Shown here: in pieces, positions 1 through 10,086 of the stretch
Numbering within the stretch: the first letter of the stretch is position 1
Layout of the letters: every line of letters begins with the position of its first letter
Assembly (NCBI GenBank): GCA_965116475.1
Contig: OZ220691.1
Coordinates: 1,312,001 to 1,376,000 of the forward strand
Reading direction: 5' to 3'
DNA: 64,000 bases
DNA from: Gemmatimonadota bacterium
Lineage (GTDB): Bacteria; Gemmatimonadota; Gemmatimonadetes; Palauibacterales; Palauibacteraceae
The notes under the pieces: generated by a model
Database searches by the model: none
What the model saw: the letters and a program-made list of their open reading frames with translations, nothing else
What the model was told of the DNA's origin: nothing
Made by a program: the position numbers and the translations under genes

Positions 1-68
1 GCGCGACTGGGCCTCCGCCGCACCCGCGCCGACGGCCAGGACGGTGAGTGGCAGGGACACCGCGGGTC

Positions 69-1367
69 TCAGTCCCACAGGCGCTCCGTCTCCAGGAACT
101 CCCGGAATCCGGCCGGGTCGTCGGCGGCGCGCGCGATGCGAGCCACGCCGCGCTCGATGTCCTCCATGCTGTTGGCGATCGAGATGCGGAGGAAGTGCTG
201 GCCCCCGGAGCCGATGCGGCAGAAGGAGGCGCGGTCCATCGTGGCCACGCCGTACCGGTAGAGCAGGAACATCTGGAGCATCCCCGACGGCGTCGTCCGC
301 GCCCGCGACTCCGGGGGCATGGCGTCGTGCGCCTCGAACACGCCCAGCCGCTCGCACATGCCGGAGACGTTGGGGAAGACGTAGAACGCCCCCTTCGGCA
401 ACCGGCAACTCAGGCCGTCGATCGCGTTGAGCGCGGGCACGATGAAGTCCCGCCGCCGCTCGAACTCCCCCACCATGTGCGCCACGACGCCGGCCGTGGC
501 CGGGTCCTCGTACGCCGCCCGCCCCCCTTCCTGCAGGAACGGCGGTACGCACGACATGATGTTGATGTTCAGATTCTTGAAGACGTCGGCTTCCTCCCGC
601 GTCGGCAGGACGGCCCAGCCCAGCCGCCACCCCGTCATGGCGAACCCCTTCGAATGGCCGCTCGCGATGACCGTCCTCTCCGCCATGCCCGCGTGGGACG
701 CGATGCTCTGGTGCTCCAGGCCGTCAAAGAGGATGTGCTCGTAGATCTCGTCCGAGTAGATCCGGACGTCCGGGTGACAGCGCTCGCGGATCACCGCCGC
801 GATGCCCGCGAGATCCTGCGCCGACAGCACGCCTCCGGTCGGATTCGACGGCGAGCAGAGGATGATGAGCCGGGTGCGCTCGGTGAGGAGTTCCCCGAGG
901 TCATCCGCCGTGAACGCGAATCCCTTCTCCTCGGAGAGGTGCAGGGGGACGGGGCGCGCCCCGACGAACGTGGCCCAGGATTCGTAGATGGGGAACCCGG
1001 GACTCGGGTAGACGACCTCGTCGCCCCGGTCGACGTACGTCTGGAACGTGTAGCCGATGGGCGGCTTGGCCCCGGGCGTGACGACCACCCGATCCGCCCC
1101 GGCGTCGATCCCCCGCGTGGCCGAGACGTGGCGCGCGATCGCCTCGCGGAAGGATGGCAGCCCGGCCGCATCGCAGTACCCCGAGTTCCCGGCCTCGAGT
1201 TCAGCGACGGCCACTCGATTCAGGTGCGGCGCGCTCCGAAAGTCCGGCGCCCCGATGTTGAACCGGATGACATCCATCCCCCGGTCGAGACACACCTGGA
1301 TGTCGTCGTTGACCTTGAAGGCGTTCTCGGTCCCCAGATCGGCCAGGCGCCGCGCCAGAATCGTCAT
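69..1367 (-). CDS. PLP-dependent aminotransferase class I/II (aspartate aminotransferase-like)
   Basis: Motifs TPGAKP, SPSNPTGG, SDEIY, SKGFAMTGWRLG (PLP lysine), PKGAFY; start trimmed to MTILARR. Confidence 0.92.
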   Translation of the reverse strand: MTILARRLADLGTENAFKVNDDIQVCLDRGMDVIRFNIGAPDFRSAPHLNRVAVAELEAGNSGYCDAAGLPSFREAIARHVSATRGIDAGADRVVVTPGAKPPIGYTFQTYVDRGDEVVYPSPGFPIYESWATFVGARPVPLHLSEEKGFAFTADDLGELLTERTRLIILCSPSNPTGGVLSAQDLAGIAAVIRERCHPDVRIYSDEIYEHILFDGLEHQSIASHAGMAERTVIASGHSKGFAMTGWRLGWAVLPTREEADVFKNLNINIMSCVPPFLQEGGRAAYEDPATAGVVAHMVGEFERRRDFIVPALNAIDGLSCRLPKGAFYVFPNVSGMCERLGVFEAHDAMPPESRARTTPSGMLQMFLLYRYGVATMDRASFCRIGSGGQHFLRISIANSMEDIERGVARIARAADDPAGFREFLETERLWD

Positions 1368-1491
1368 GCCCGATAATGTCCCTGCCCCCCATCCGGTGCC
1401 AGTGGACCGGTCGGATTCATTTGATGCCCTCTTAGCGGACACGTACGATGCGTCCATGACGCCGGAGAAGACGTCTGACCTCGGAGGATTC

Positions 1492-2856
1492 ATGAATCGA
1501 GTCGGTTTGACGGGCCGGGTCGCGCGCGCCGGACTCTGGGCGGTGGTGCTGCTTCCTCTGATTCCCGTTCCCGCGGAGACGCAGGAGGCGCGGCGGCGGT
1601 GGGAGCGGATGAACCAGATGCGGCGCGAGAAGTTCGATGTCGTGCTGCCCGAGGTCATGCGCGAGAACGGGATCGACATGTGGATCACGATGCGCCGCGA
1701 GGGACTCGACGATCCGCTCACGCCCGATTTCGGCCCCGGGTACGTGAATCCGATCGGCTACTACGTCTTCACCGACCGCGGCGGAGAGCGGATCGAGCGC
1801 GCCGCCCTCGGCATCGGCGGATACCTGCTGGCGGGGAACGGCGCCTACGACATCGTGACCGGCAACTTCGATCTTCGGGAGTTCGTCGCCGAGCGGAATC
1901 CGGAGCGAATCGGCCTCAACATGGGGTCGAACATCGGTGCGGCCGACGGACTGTCCCATACCGGCTACCAGCACCTCGCGGAGACGCTGGGCGAACCGTG
2001 GGCGTCGCGTTTCGTCTCCGCGGAGAAGCTCGTGTCCGATTTCAGGTCGCGCCGCGTCGCGTCGGAGATCGCGGGCTTCGCCGAGGCGGGCGAGATGTCG
2101 CGCGAACTCGCGGAGCGGGCCCTCTCGAACGAGGTCATCACACCCGGCGTCACGACGCTCCGGGAGGTGGCGTGGTGGCTCATGGATCGGCTGCTCGAAC
2201 GCGGCCTCGGCTCTTCCTTCGGCTTCCCGTCCATCTATATCACGGGGCCCGAGGGCATCGAGGCGACGTCCAGCGACCGGATCATCCAGGGCGGCGACGT
2301 CATGATGATCGACTGGGGCGTCTGCCACCTGAACTTCTGCACGGACATGAAGCGCGTCGCCTACGTGCTGCGGCCGGAGGAGACGGAGGCGATGCCGGGC
2401 GTGCAGAACGCGTTCGACCGGGCCATCGAAGCGCGGGAGGTGTCGCGCCGCGCGATCCGGCCCGGCATCACGGCGCGCGAGAACATGGACCGGATCGGGG
2501 CCGCGCTCACGGCGGCGGGATTCAATCCCATCCCCTTCAACCAGCCCACGGATGGCCCGCAGACGGACGTGACCTGGGAGGGACACCACTCGGTCGGCAA
2601 CCTCGGACACGGGATCGGCCCTTCGATCGCGACCTGGAACCCGCGCCGCCTCACGTTCGAGGTCGTGCCGACCAATCTCCTCGCGATCGAAATGTTCGCC
2701 TACACGGCGGTCCCCGAGTGGGGGGGCGCGAAGTTGCGCGTGCCGCTGGAGGATGACGCGGTGGTCACCGAACGGGGCGCCGAGTGGCTCTACCCCGCAA
2801 ACAGCCGTCTCCTCCTGATCAAGTCCGATCCCGCCGCCGCGCGAAGCGTTTCGTGA
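1492..2856 (+). CDS. M24 family (Xaa-Pro) metallopeptidase, secreted
   Basis: GGAGG upstream of ATG 1492, signal peptide, IDWG..TDMKR, GHGIG, IE and LEDD metal motifs. Confidence 0.82.
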   Translation: MNRVGLTGRVARAGLWAVVLLPLIPVPAETQEARRRWERMNQMRREKFDVVLPEVMRENGIDMWITMRREGLDDPLTPDFGPGYVNPIGYYVFTDRGGERIERAALGIGGYLLAGNGAYDIVTGNFDLREFVAERNPERIGLNMGSNIGAADGLSHTGYQHLAETLGEPWASRFVSAEKLVSDFRSRRVASEIAGFAEAGEMSRELAERALSNEVITPGVTTLREVAWWLMDRLLERGLGSSFGFPSIYITGPEGIEATSSDRIIQGGDVMMIDWGVCHLNFCTDMKRVAYVLRPEETEAMPGVQNAFDRAIEAREVSRRAIRPGITARENMDRIGAALTAAGFNPIPFNQPTDGPQTDVTWEGHHSVGNLGHGIGPSIATWNPRRLTFEVVPTNLLAIEMFAYTAVPEWGGAKLRVPLEDDAVVTERGAEWLYPANSRLLLIKSDPAAARSVS

Positions 2857-2876
2857 ACCGCAGCCCTCCTGAAGGG

Positions 2877-3851
2877 ATGGTCACGCTTCACGAGCTTCTC
2901 GTGCATGCGAGTCGCACGTTCGCGGTGGGGATCGAGATCCTCCCGCCCCCCCTGCGGGACGAGATCACCGTGGCCTACCTGCTGCTGCGCGTTTCCGACT
3001 ACCTGGAGGACAATCAGGAAATCTCGGGGGACGAGAAGGTCTTCCTGCTCGAGGAGTGGCGGCGCGTGCTCGATGGAGGTTTCCGGCGCACGGCGCTCAT
3101 CGATCGCCTGGGAGAGGCCGCGGAGGACACGCCGGACGCGTCCGTGGCCCGGCACGCGGCCGCCGTTCTCGAAGGACTCGACCGCCTGGCGCCCGAGGCG
3201 CGCGAGATCATCGTGCGCCGCGTGCGGGAATCCAGCGCCGGAATGGCGCGGTGGACGGAGCGCGGCTCGGAGTTCGGGACCGAGGAGGATCTGGACGACT
3301 ACATGCACGAGGTCGCCGGGCGGGTGGGCCACCTGCTGACGGAACTGTTCGCCAGTCGGCTGCGGGGCGTCGGGAGGGACCGTGCGCGCATGATGGCGCT
3401 GGGAAGAGAGTTCGGCCTCGCGCTACAGACGGTCAACGTGATCAGAGGGCTGCACGAGGACCGGCATCGCGGCTGGGTGTACGTGCCCGCCTCCTTCCTC
3501 CCGGACGAAGGCATGGATCCGCGCGAGCTGTTCGAGCCCGCGAACCACGCGGCGGCGATGACGGTGCTCGAGCGGCTCGTCGAGAAGGCGGACCGTCACC
3601 TGGCGGCGGCCCGGAGCTACCTGCGGATGATCCCGAGACGGTACCACCGGGTACGCCTCTTCTGCCTGCTCCCGCTCCTCTTCGCCGTGCGGACCCTGGC
3701 CATCAGCCGCACGAATCCGGAGGTACTGGACCGGGAGACGAAGATGTCCCGCCGGGAGGTCCTCGCGATCACGCGCCGCGCGAAGCTCTTCGGCTTCTCC
3801 AATCGGTGGATCGCACGGTACTGCCGTCAGCTCGCCGCGCGAGGCGCCTGA
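2877..3851 (+). CDS. Squalene/phytoene synthase family protein
   Basis: SRTFA, AYLLLRVSDYLED, YMHEVAGRVG, FGLALQTVN; alternative GTG start at 2853. Confidence 0.85.
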   Translation: MVTLHELLVHASRTFAVGIEILPPPLRDEITVAYLLLRVSDYLEDNQEISGDEKVFLLEEWRRVLDGGFRRTALIDRLGEAAEDTPDASVARHAAAVLEGLDRLAPEAREIIVRRVRESSAGMARWTERGSEFGTEEDLDDYMHEVAGRVGHLLTELFASRLRGVGRDRARMMALGREFGLALQTVNVIRGLHEDRHRGWVYVPASFLPDEGMDPRELFEPANHAAAMTVLERLVEKADRHLAAARSYLRMIPRRYHRVRLFCLLPLLFAVRTLAISRTNPEVLDRETKMSRREVLAITRRAKLFGFSNRWIARYCRQLAARGA

Positions 3852-3854
3852 AGA

Positions 3855-6800
3855 TCAGGCGCGCGCCATCCGCCAGCGTTCGCGCCGCGCCGCGAGGTTG
3901 TACTGCGTCATCACCAGCGCCGGCACCACGACCATGAGGAGGATCGTGGCGATGAACACGCCGAAGCCGACGGAGGTGGCCAGCGGCACGAGGTGCTGAG
4001 CGTACGTGCTCGTCTCGAAGACGAGCGGGGCCACGCCCAGGAATGTGGTAATCGAGGTGAGCATGATCGCCCGGAATCTCTCCTTGGCCCCGCTGATGAT
4101 CGCCTCCGCGGGCCCCAGGCCGGAGTCCCGGAGGTCGTTGATGAACCGGATCATCATGAGCGAGTCGTTCACGACCACGCCGAAGACGCCGACCAGTCCG
4201 TACAGCGACCACAGTCCCCAACTGAGACCGAGCAGCATGTGGCCGGCCAGCGCGCCGATCGCGCCCAGTGGCACGGCGGCCATGATGATGAGGGGCTGCG
4301 TGTACGAGCCGAACGGGATCGCCATCAGGCTGTACATGATGAGGAGGGCGAGGATGAGCGAGCGGCCCAGCACGGAGATCGCGTGGTCCTGCTCCTTCCT
4401 CTGACCGCCGTACGAATAGGTGAGATCCGGGCTCTCGCTCGTCAGTCGCGGGAGAACCTCGTTGTCCAGGCTGGCGTTCACCTGCTGGCCGGTGGCGATG
4501 CGCGGGTCCACGTCCGCGGTGATCGTGACGGCGCGGCGACCGTCGACGCGGTGGATGGCGGCTGACGAGCGGGAGAATCCGGCGGACGCGATCTGACCCA
4601 GCGGCACCTCACCGCCCGGCGTGCGGACGAGGTAGTTCTCGACATCGGTCGCGGAGTTGCGCTCCTCCTCCGGAAGCCGCACCCACACCCGCATGTCTTC
4701 GCGGCCCCGGGGCACTCTGAGCGCTTCCGTCCCGAAGAAGGCCGAGCGCACCTGCGTCGCGAAGCGGTCGAGCGTCAGGTTCAGCGAGCGGCCCTCCGGA
4801 TTCAACTCCAGCTGGAGTTCCCGGAATCCCTCATCGAGATTGCTCCGCACGTCGAATGTCCCCTCCACGGCGGTCAGTTCGGCCGTGAATTCGCCCGCAA
4901 TGGCCTCGAGACGATCGGGGTCCGGATGGGACAGCTCGTAGTGGACGGGCAGCCCCAGGCCCAGCAGGTTCGATGAGATCGAGAGCGACTTCGCTTCGGC
5001 GGGGTTCCCGACCTCTTCCCGCCACACGCGCTCGAACGTGGACGCGGCGATGCCCCGGCTGTTCCAGTCGTGGAGCTTGAACTGCACCGTGCCGAGGTGG
5101 CCGCGCGCCGCCTCCACCGCGTCCCCGCCGAGAGGATCGTACAGCGCCGCCAACTCGCCCACGGTGACGGCGACGTCGAACTCCAGCGGATCCTCGTCGT
5201 CGTCGCCATCGTCCGAGAGACGGGCCACGGCCCGGTGTCCCGCCTCTTCGATTTCCGCCACGATCCGGGCAGTGCGTTCGGCTGGTGTACCCGTCGGCAT
5301 CTCCAGGTTCGCCGACACGACGTCGCCCTCGATCGGCGTAATGAACTGATTCGGCACGATCCCCGACGCCACCGCCCCCATCGAGATCACGAGCAGGCCC
5401 GCCGCCGCGGCGAGGATGACGGAGGGCTGCTCCGTGGCCAGACGGAGTCCGCGGTCGAGGGGGCCGTCCGCGATGCGCTTCATGGTCCGGTCCACGGCTC
5501 CCTGGGCCCGGTGCAGCATCCGGTGGGCCGCGCCGGATCTCCGCACGCCGGGGGCCGCCAGGTGGGACAGGTGGTTCGGAAGCACGAGCAGCGATTCGAG
5601 CAGCGAGATCACGAGCACCGCGATCACCACGAGCGGAATCCCGCGCCCGAGTTCTCCCTGCGGGCCGGGCGCGTTCAGCAGCGCGGCGAAGGCCGTGATC
5701 GTCGTGAGCACGGAGAATATGACGGGCGTGCTGACGCGACGCGTGCCGCGAATGGCTGCGGCGAGCCCTCTGTGTCCCCGCTCCCGCTCGGCGAAGATGC
5801 TCTCTCCCACGACGATCGCGTCGTCCACGACGATGCCCAGCGCCAGCACGAGCGCCATCAGCGAGAACATGTTGATCGAGATCCCCAGGAAACCCATCAC
5901 GAAGAACGCGCCCATGAAGGAGACCGCCAGACCCACCGCCACCCACATGGCCAGCCGGATTTCCAGGAAGAGGGCCAGCGCCATGAAGACGAGCGCGAAT
6001 CCGATCAGGGCGTTCTCCGTCATGAGGCCGAGACGCCCGCCGACTTCCTCCGAATCGTCCTTCCATAACTCCACCGAGACGCCTTCGGGCAGGGTCGGCA
6101 CGACTTCTGCGTCGAGATACCGCTTGACGGCTTCGGCGATGTCCAGCACCTGCTCGTCGGAGGTCCGGTACACGTCGACCCGGACCGCGGTCTGCCCGTT
6201 GTAGCGCACGCTCAGATCGGTGTCGGCGAACCCGTCCCGCACCGTCGCGATCTCGCCGAGCCGAACCGACGTGCCGTCCGGGCGCCCGAGCAGGACGATC
6301 TCCTCGAAATCCGCCTGTTCGTAATTCTGTCCCAGCGTGCGAACGAGGAGGTCCTCGCCGCTCGTGGACACCCTGCCGGCGGACAACTCGAGCGAACTCT
6401 GCCGCACCGCGAACGCGATGTCGTCCAGCGTCAGACCGAGGGCACGCAGCCGTCTCAGGGGCACCTCGATCGAAATCTCGTATGGTCGGGCGCCGCTGAT
6501 CTCGGCCAGCGACACCTCGGGAAGCGCGGAGAGGCCTTCCTCGATGCCGTATGCCAGTTCCTTGAGCGTGCGCTCCGGCACATCGCCGTACACGAGGAGA
6601 CGAATGACGCTCTGCCGGCTCGTGACCTCCCGTATCTCGGGCCGTTCCGCGGCGGCCGGGAAGGTCGGAATGCGGTCGACTTCGGCCTTCAGTTCGTTGA
6701 GGGCGCGGTTGACGTCCGTTCCCGAAGTGAACTCCGCGATCACCGACGCGAGCCCCTCGGAGGCGGTGGCTTCCACGCGGTTCAGGCCGTCCACCGCCCG

Positions 6801-7076
6801 GATCTGCTCCTCGATCCGTCGGACGATGGACTCCTCTACCTCCTCCGGAGCCGCGCCGGGGTAGGGGACGACGATCTGGACGCGGTCCAGGGAGAAGTCG
6901 GGCAGAACTTCCTGGACCAGGTTCCGGGCCGAGGCCAGGCCGGCGAGGACGAGAAACAGCATGACCACGTTCGCGGCGATGCCGTTCTTCGCCATGAAGC
7001 CGATGGGGCCCCGGGTACTCCTTCGGTCGACGTGACCCTCGTCACTCACGCGGTGCTCCTCCGTGATGTATCCCAC
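3855..7076 (-). CDS. RND efflux permease (AcrB/AcrD/AcrF family)
   Basis: 1073 aa, LGIVVDDAIVV, GVVVNDSL, RFRAIMLTSITT, two periplasmic loops. Confidence 0.92.
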   Translation of the reverse strand: MGYITEEHRVSDEGHVDRRSTRGPIGFMAKNGIAANVVMLFLVLAGLASARNLVQEVLPDFSLDRVQIVVPYPGAAPEEVEESIVRRIEEQIRAVDGLNRVEATASEGLASVIAEFTSGTDVNRALNELKAEVDRIPTFPAAAERPEIREVTSRQSVIRLLVYGDVPERTLKELAYGIEEGLSALPEVSLAEISGARPYEISIEVPLRRLRALGLTLDDIAFAVRQSSLELSAGRVSTSGEDLLVRTLGQNYEQADFEEIVLLGRPDGTSVRLGEIATVRDGFADTDLSVRYNGQTAVRVDVYRTSDEQVLDIAEAVKRYLDAEVVPTLPEGVSVELWKDDSEEVGGRLGLMTENALIGFALVFMALALFLEIRLAMWVAVGLAVSFMGAFFVMGFLGISINMFSLMALVLALGIVVDDAIVVGESIFAERERGHRGLAAAIRGTRRVSTPVIFSVLTTITAFAALLNAPGPQGELGRGIPLVVIAVLVISLLESLLVLPNHLSHLAAPGVRRSGAAHRMLHRAQGAVDRTMKRIADGPLDRGLRLATEQPSVILAAAAGLLVISMGAVASGIVPNQFITPIEGDVVSANLEMPTGTPAERTARIVAEIEEAGHRAVARLSDDGDDDEDPLEFDVAVTVGELAALYDPLGGDAVEAARGHLGTVQFKLHDWNSRGIAASTFERVWREEVGNPAEAKSLSISSNLLGLGLPVHYELSHPDPDRLEAIAGEFTAELTAVEGTFDVRSNLDEGFRELQLELNPEGRSLNLTLDRFATQVRSAFFGTEALRVPRGREDMRVWVRLPEEERNSATDVENYLVRTPGGEVPLGQIASAGFSRSSAAIHRVDGRRAVTITADVDPRIATGQQVNASLDNEVLPRLTSESPDLTYSYGGQRKEQDHAISVLGRSLILALLIMYSLMAIPFGSYTQPLIIMAAVPLGAIGALAGHMLLGLSWGLWSLYGLVGVFGVVVNDSLMMIRFINDLRDSGLGPAEAIISGAKERFRAIMLTSITTFLGVAPLVFETSTYAQHLVPLATSVGFGVFIATILLMVVVPALVMTQYNLAARRERWRMARA

Positions 7077-7215
7077 CTCCCCGGATCCGGCTTTTTTTGC
7101 CGCAGGCTGCTAACGGTTTACGCGGCGCGCGCCCGATTCGCCAGAGCGCCGGGCGAACGGCTTCCGGGGAGTCACACTCCCGGAACTTTTGTCAATCCGT
7201 TTACGGAAGTATCCT

Positions 7216-7251
7216 CTACGGTTGAAATGGTATTTACTACGGTCGAAATGG
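7216..7251. promoter_or_regulatory. 15-bp direct repeat pair CTACGGTYGAAATGG, 21-bp spacing, in divergent promoter
   Basis: ctacggttgaaatgg 7216-7230 and ctacggtcgaaatgg 7237-7251 in an AT-rich intergenic region. Confidence 0.55.
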
Positions 7252-7273
7252 AGAGGTCGAGACTGACACTCAT

Positions 7274-8449
7274 ATGAGGATTCCGTCCAGCTACGCTGAA
7301 GGGTACGAGGCGGCGCGCGCCGTCGATGCCCGCTTGGCGGACGATTTCATCCGTCATACGACCCTCGGCGACCCCCTTGCCGATCGCGTCGTCGAGGACC
7401 TCGCGGCCACCTGTGCCCCCGGGGAGGTGCATCCGCTCATCGCGTCGGCGCTGCGGGATCCGCCTCAGTTGCCCGACGGCCTGCCCGACTCCCTCAGGGA
7501 GTTGGTGAACGAGGTATCCGTCATTCCGGACTGGTACGATCCGAAGCTGGCGCAGGCCGCCACGCGCGGCTTCATCCGCAATTCGAGCATCATCCCGGCG
7601 GCCCTGGCCGGGGCCGCGATCGTGGAAGGCTTCTCGACGCTGATCAGCAAGTCTTTCCGGATTCGGGGCCGCATCACTCAGAACGGGGTCCGCCGCCTCC
7701 GCCAGAACCTGCTGCACCTGGCCGACCAGTATCTCCCCGGCGGGATGGAACCGGGCGGAGACGGATGGAGACTGACGCTTCGCATTCGACTGGTGCACGC
7801 GCAGTCGCGGATGCTGCTCAAGGACTCCGAAGAATGGGACACGGCGGCGCACGGCATGCCGGTCAGCGCCGCCCACATCATGCTCGCCTCGACCACCTTT
7901 TCGGCGCGTCTCCTCCAGCACGCCAGGCGCCTCGGCGCCAAGTTCAGCGACATGGAGTGGGAGGGCTACGTCCACGTGTGGAGATATACCGCCTGGATCA
8001 TGGGCGTCCCGGTGGAGATCCTCTTCGAGGACTACGAGGACGCACGACGCAGGTTCGAGATCGGGATGTTGTGCGAGCCCGTCCCGGACGACGATGCCAT
8101 CATCATGGCGAACAGCATCGTGAACAGCGCTCCGCTCCTGCTGGGCGTCAAGGACCCCAAGGAACGCCGGCCCTTCGCCACGTTCATATACCAGGTGTGC
8201 CGCGAACTGGTCGGAGACGAGCTGGCCGACCAGTTCCTGTTTCCCCCATCCCGAAGGGTCCGGCAGGTGCCGCTGCTGTGGTTGAAGCACCGGCTGCGGA
8301 GGGTGGCGCTCGAGCGGATTCCGGGATTCCACAAACTCGATTCGGGGTACGACTACATGGAAATGCTCGACATCTCCAACGTGGGCGATTTCGAGCAGTC
8401 CTACAGCCTGCCCACCACGCTCCACGACGAAGCGTCCCGGCCCTGGTAG
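7274..8449 (+). CDS. Oxygenase MpaB/DUF2236 (rubber oxygenase-like) family protein
   Basis: GDPLAD, PDWYD, IRLVHAQSR, HVWRYTAWIMG motifs. Confidence 0.8.
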   Translation: MRIPSSYAEGYEAARAVDARLADDFIRHTTLGDPLADRVVEDLAATCAPGEVHPLIASALRDPPQLPDGLPDSLRELVNEVSVIPDWYDPKLAQAATRGFIRNSSIIPAALAGAAIVEGFSTLISKSFRIRGRITQNGVRRLRQNLLHLADQYLPGGMEPGGDGWRLTLRIRLVHAQSRMLLKDSEEWDTAAHGMPVSAAHIMLASTTFSARLLQHARRLGAKFSDMEWEGYVHVWRYTAWIMGVPVEILFEDYEDARRRFEIGMLCEPVPDDDAIIMANSIVNSAPLLLGVKDPKERRPFATFIYQVCRELVGDELADQFLFPPSRRVRQVPLLWLKHRLRRVALERIPGFHKLDSGYDYMEMLDISNVGDFEQSYSLPTTLHDEASRPW

Positions 8450-8479
8450 GCGCTGCTACCGAAGCAGTTACCGAAGCAG

Positions 8480-9865
8480 TTACCGAAAACTGAGGGCGGA
8501 CTGGTCGCGGCCGCCGACCATGATGAACGCCACGTTCCCCATGTCGCGGATATTCTCGTCGGGCCGGCCGTCGATGGCGATGATGTCCGCAAAGCGGCCC
8601 GGCTCGACCGTCCCCACTTCATCCTCGATCCCCACGATCTCGGCGTTCAGCCCCGTGGCCGCCGTGATCGCTTCGAGCGGCGTGAACCCCGCGGCGACGA
8701 GGTTCTCCATCTCCAGCAGCATGTACCCGTGCATGCTGTCCGTTCCGATGCCGACCTTGACGCCCTTCTCCTTCGAGCGGCGAAGCTGTCCGAGGCGGTC
8801 GAGCCGCCGCTGCGCCCGTCCCGGATTCTCTTCGAGGGCCCGCCCGTGCACCTGGCGTCCGCGCTCGAGCCAGTCGCCGATGTCGCCGGCCTCGTTGTCG
8901 AGGAAGCCCCACTCGTTGAAGACGCTCTGGAAGCCGATGGTGTAGGTGTTCACGAAGCCGACGTCGCGACTCGCCATGAGGTCCATCAACTCTTCGTTGA
9001 GGTTCCCGCCATGCTGGATCGAGTTGACTCCCGCCTCGACCGCCAGGCGGATGGACTCTCCGTTCGCGTGCGCCGTGGCCTCGATCCCGAGCCGGTGCAG
9101 TTCGTTCACGGCCGCGTCGATCTCCTCCTTCGTGTAGTTGCTCTCGCCCGGCGCGTACGGGGTGCCGTTGTTGGGCCCCACCCGCGCGCGGTCGGTGATC
9201 GTCAGCTTCATGTGGTGCGCCCCCATCTCGTAGTTCTGCCGGACGAACGTGCGCATCTCCCACGGTCCGTTGGTGGTCCGGTATTCCGCCGGGCCGTGGC
9301 CGGCGGTGGTCGAGATGAAGTTGCCGCTGGGATAGATCCGGGGGCCCGGAACGATCCCCTCCGCCACGGCCTGCGAGGCCTGTATGTCGTTGTAGTGGAC
9401 CTCGCCGACCACGTACACGCTCGTGACGCCGGACATGAGCTGAACCCGGATGTTCCGGATGATGCGCGCCATCTGCATGGCGTCGTGCTGCTCCATTCCC
9501 TCGAGCTGGCCCCGCAGCGTGCGAACGTCGGGCCGGATCGAGAGGTGCGCGTGCGCGTCGACGATCCCGGGCATCACGGTGTGTTCGCTCAGGTCGATGA
9601 CCCGGGCGCCGGCCGGGATCGCGATGGCCGCCGCGTCGCCCACGGCCTCGATCCGCTCGCCGCGCACGATGATCACCTGGTTGTCGCGCGCCGGCTGGCC
9701 CGCGCCGTCGATGAGCCGGCCGGCCCGGATCGCCGTCACTTCCTGGGCCGCCGGGGCGCGGGCGGCAGCCATCGCGGGGGCGGCGCCGTACGCCGAAGAA
9801 GGGGCGGAGGGGACGAAGGCCGCGGCCAGCACCGCGGTCCGCAGGGTCATCGCTGTCGTTCGCAT
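8480..9865 (-). CDS. Amidohydrolase family protein, secreted
   Basis: PGIVDAHAH, AHA, SIQHG, IGTDS, GTVEPGRFADII; signal peptide. Confidence 0.88.
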   Translation of the reverse strand: MRTTAMTLRTAVLAAAFVPSAPSSAYGAAPAMAAARAPAAQEVTAIRAGRLIDGAGQPARDNQVIIVRGERIEAVGDAAAIAIPAGARVIDLSEHTVMPGIVDAHAHLSIRPDVRTLRGQLEGMEQHDAMQMARIIRNIRVQLMSGVTSVYVVGEVHYNDIQASQAVAEGIVPGPRIYPSGNFISTTAGHGPAEYRTTNGPWEMRTFVRQNYEMGAHHMKLTITDRARVGPNNGTPYAPGESNYTKEEIDAAVNELHRLGIEATAHANGESIRLAVEAGVNSIQHGGNLNEELMDLMASRDVGFVNTYTIGFQSVFNEWGFLDNEAGDIGDWLERGRQVHGRALEENPGRAQRRLDRLGQLRRSKEKGVKVGIGTDSMHGYMLLEMENLVAAGFTPLEAITAATGLNAEIVGIEDEVGTVEPGRFADIIAIDGRPDENIRDMGNVAFIMVGGRDQSALSFR

Positions 9866-10011
9866 CGGACGCTCCTCGAGTCGGCGGATGGTGGGCGGAC
9901 GGTTATCCTCTGAAGATTGACGCTATCGTCCGCGTGGGGCCAGCATGACGGCGCTATACTGCCGGTTCCGCAATCCTCGCCAGCTGTAGCTCCCAAGGCC
10001 GTTGACGACCC

Positions 10012-10086
10012 TCACACTGCCATCGGTCACGCTGCCACCGGTCACGCTGCCACCGGTCACGCTGCCATCGGTCACGCTGCCATCGG
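10012..10086 (-). repeat. 15-bp tandem repeat x5 (CCGRTGGCAGYGTGA) spanning the HNH stop codon
   Basis: Five units here, two at 34225-34254. Confidence 0.9.

Noticed and set aside
10012..10086. Short repeat arrays as CRISPR
   Set aside because: Units are contiguous without spacers; no cas genes or repeat-spacer array seen anywhere in the window
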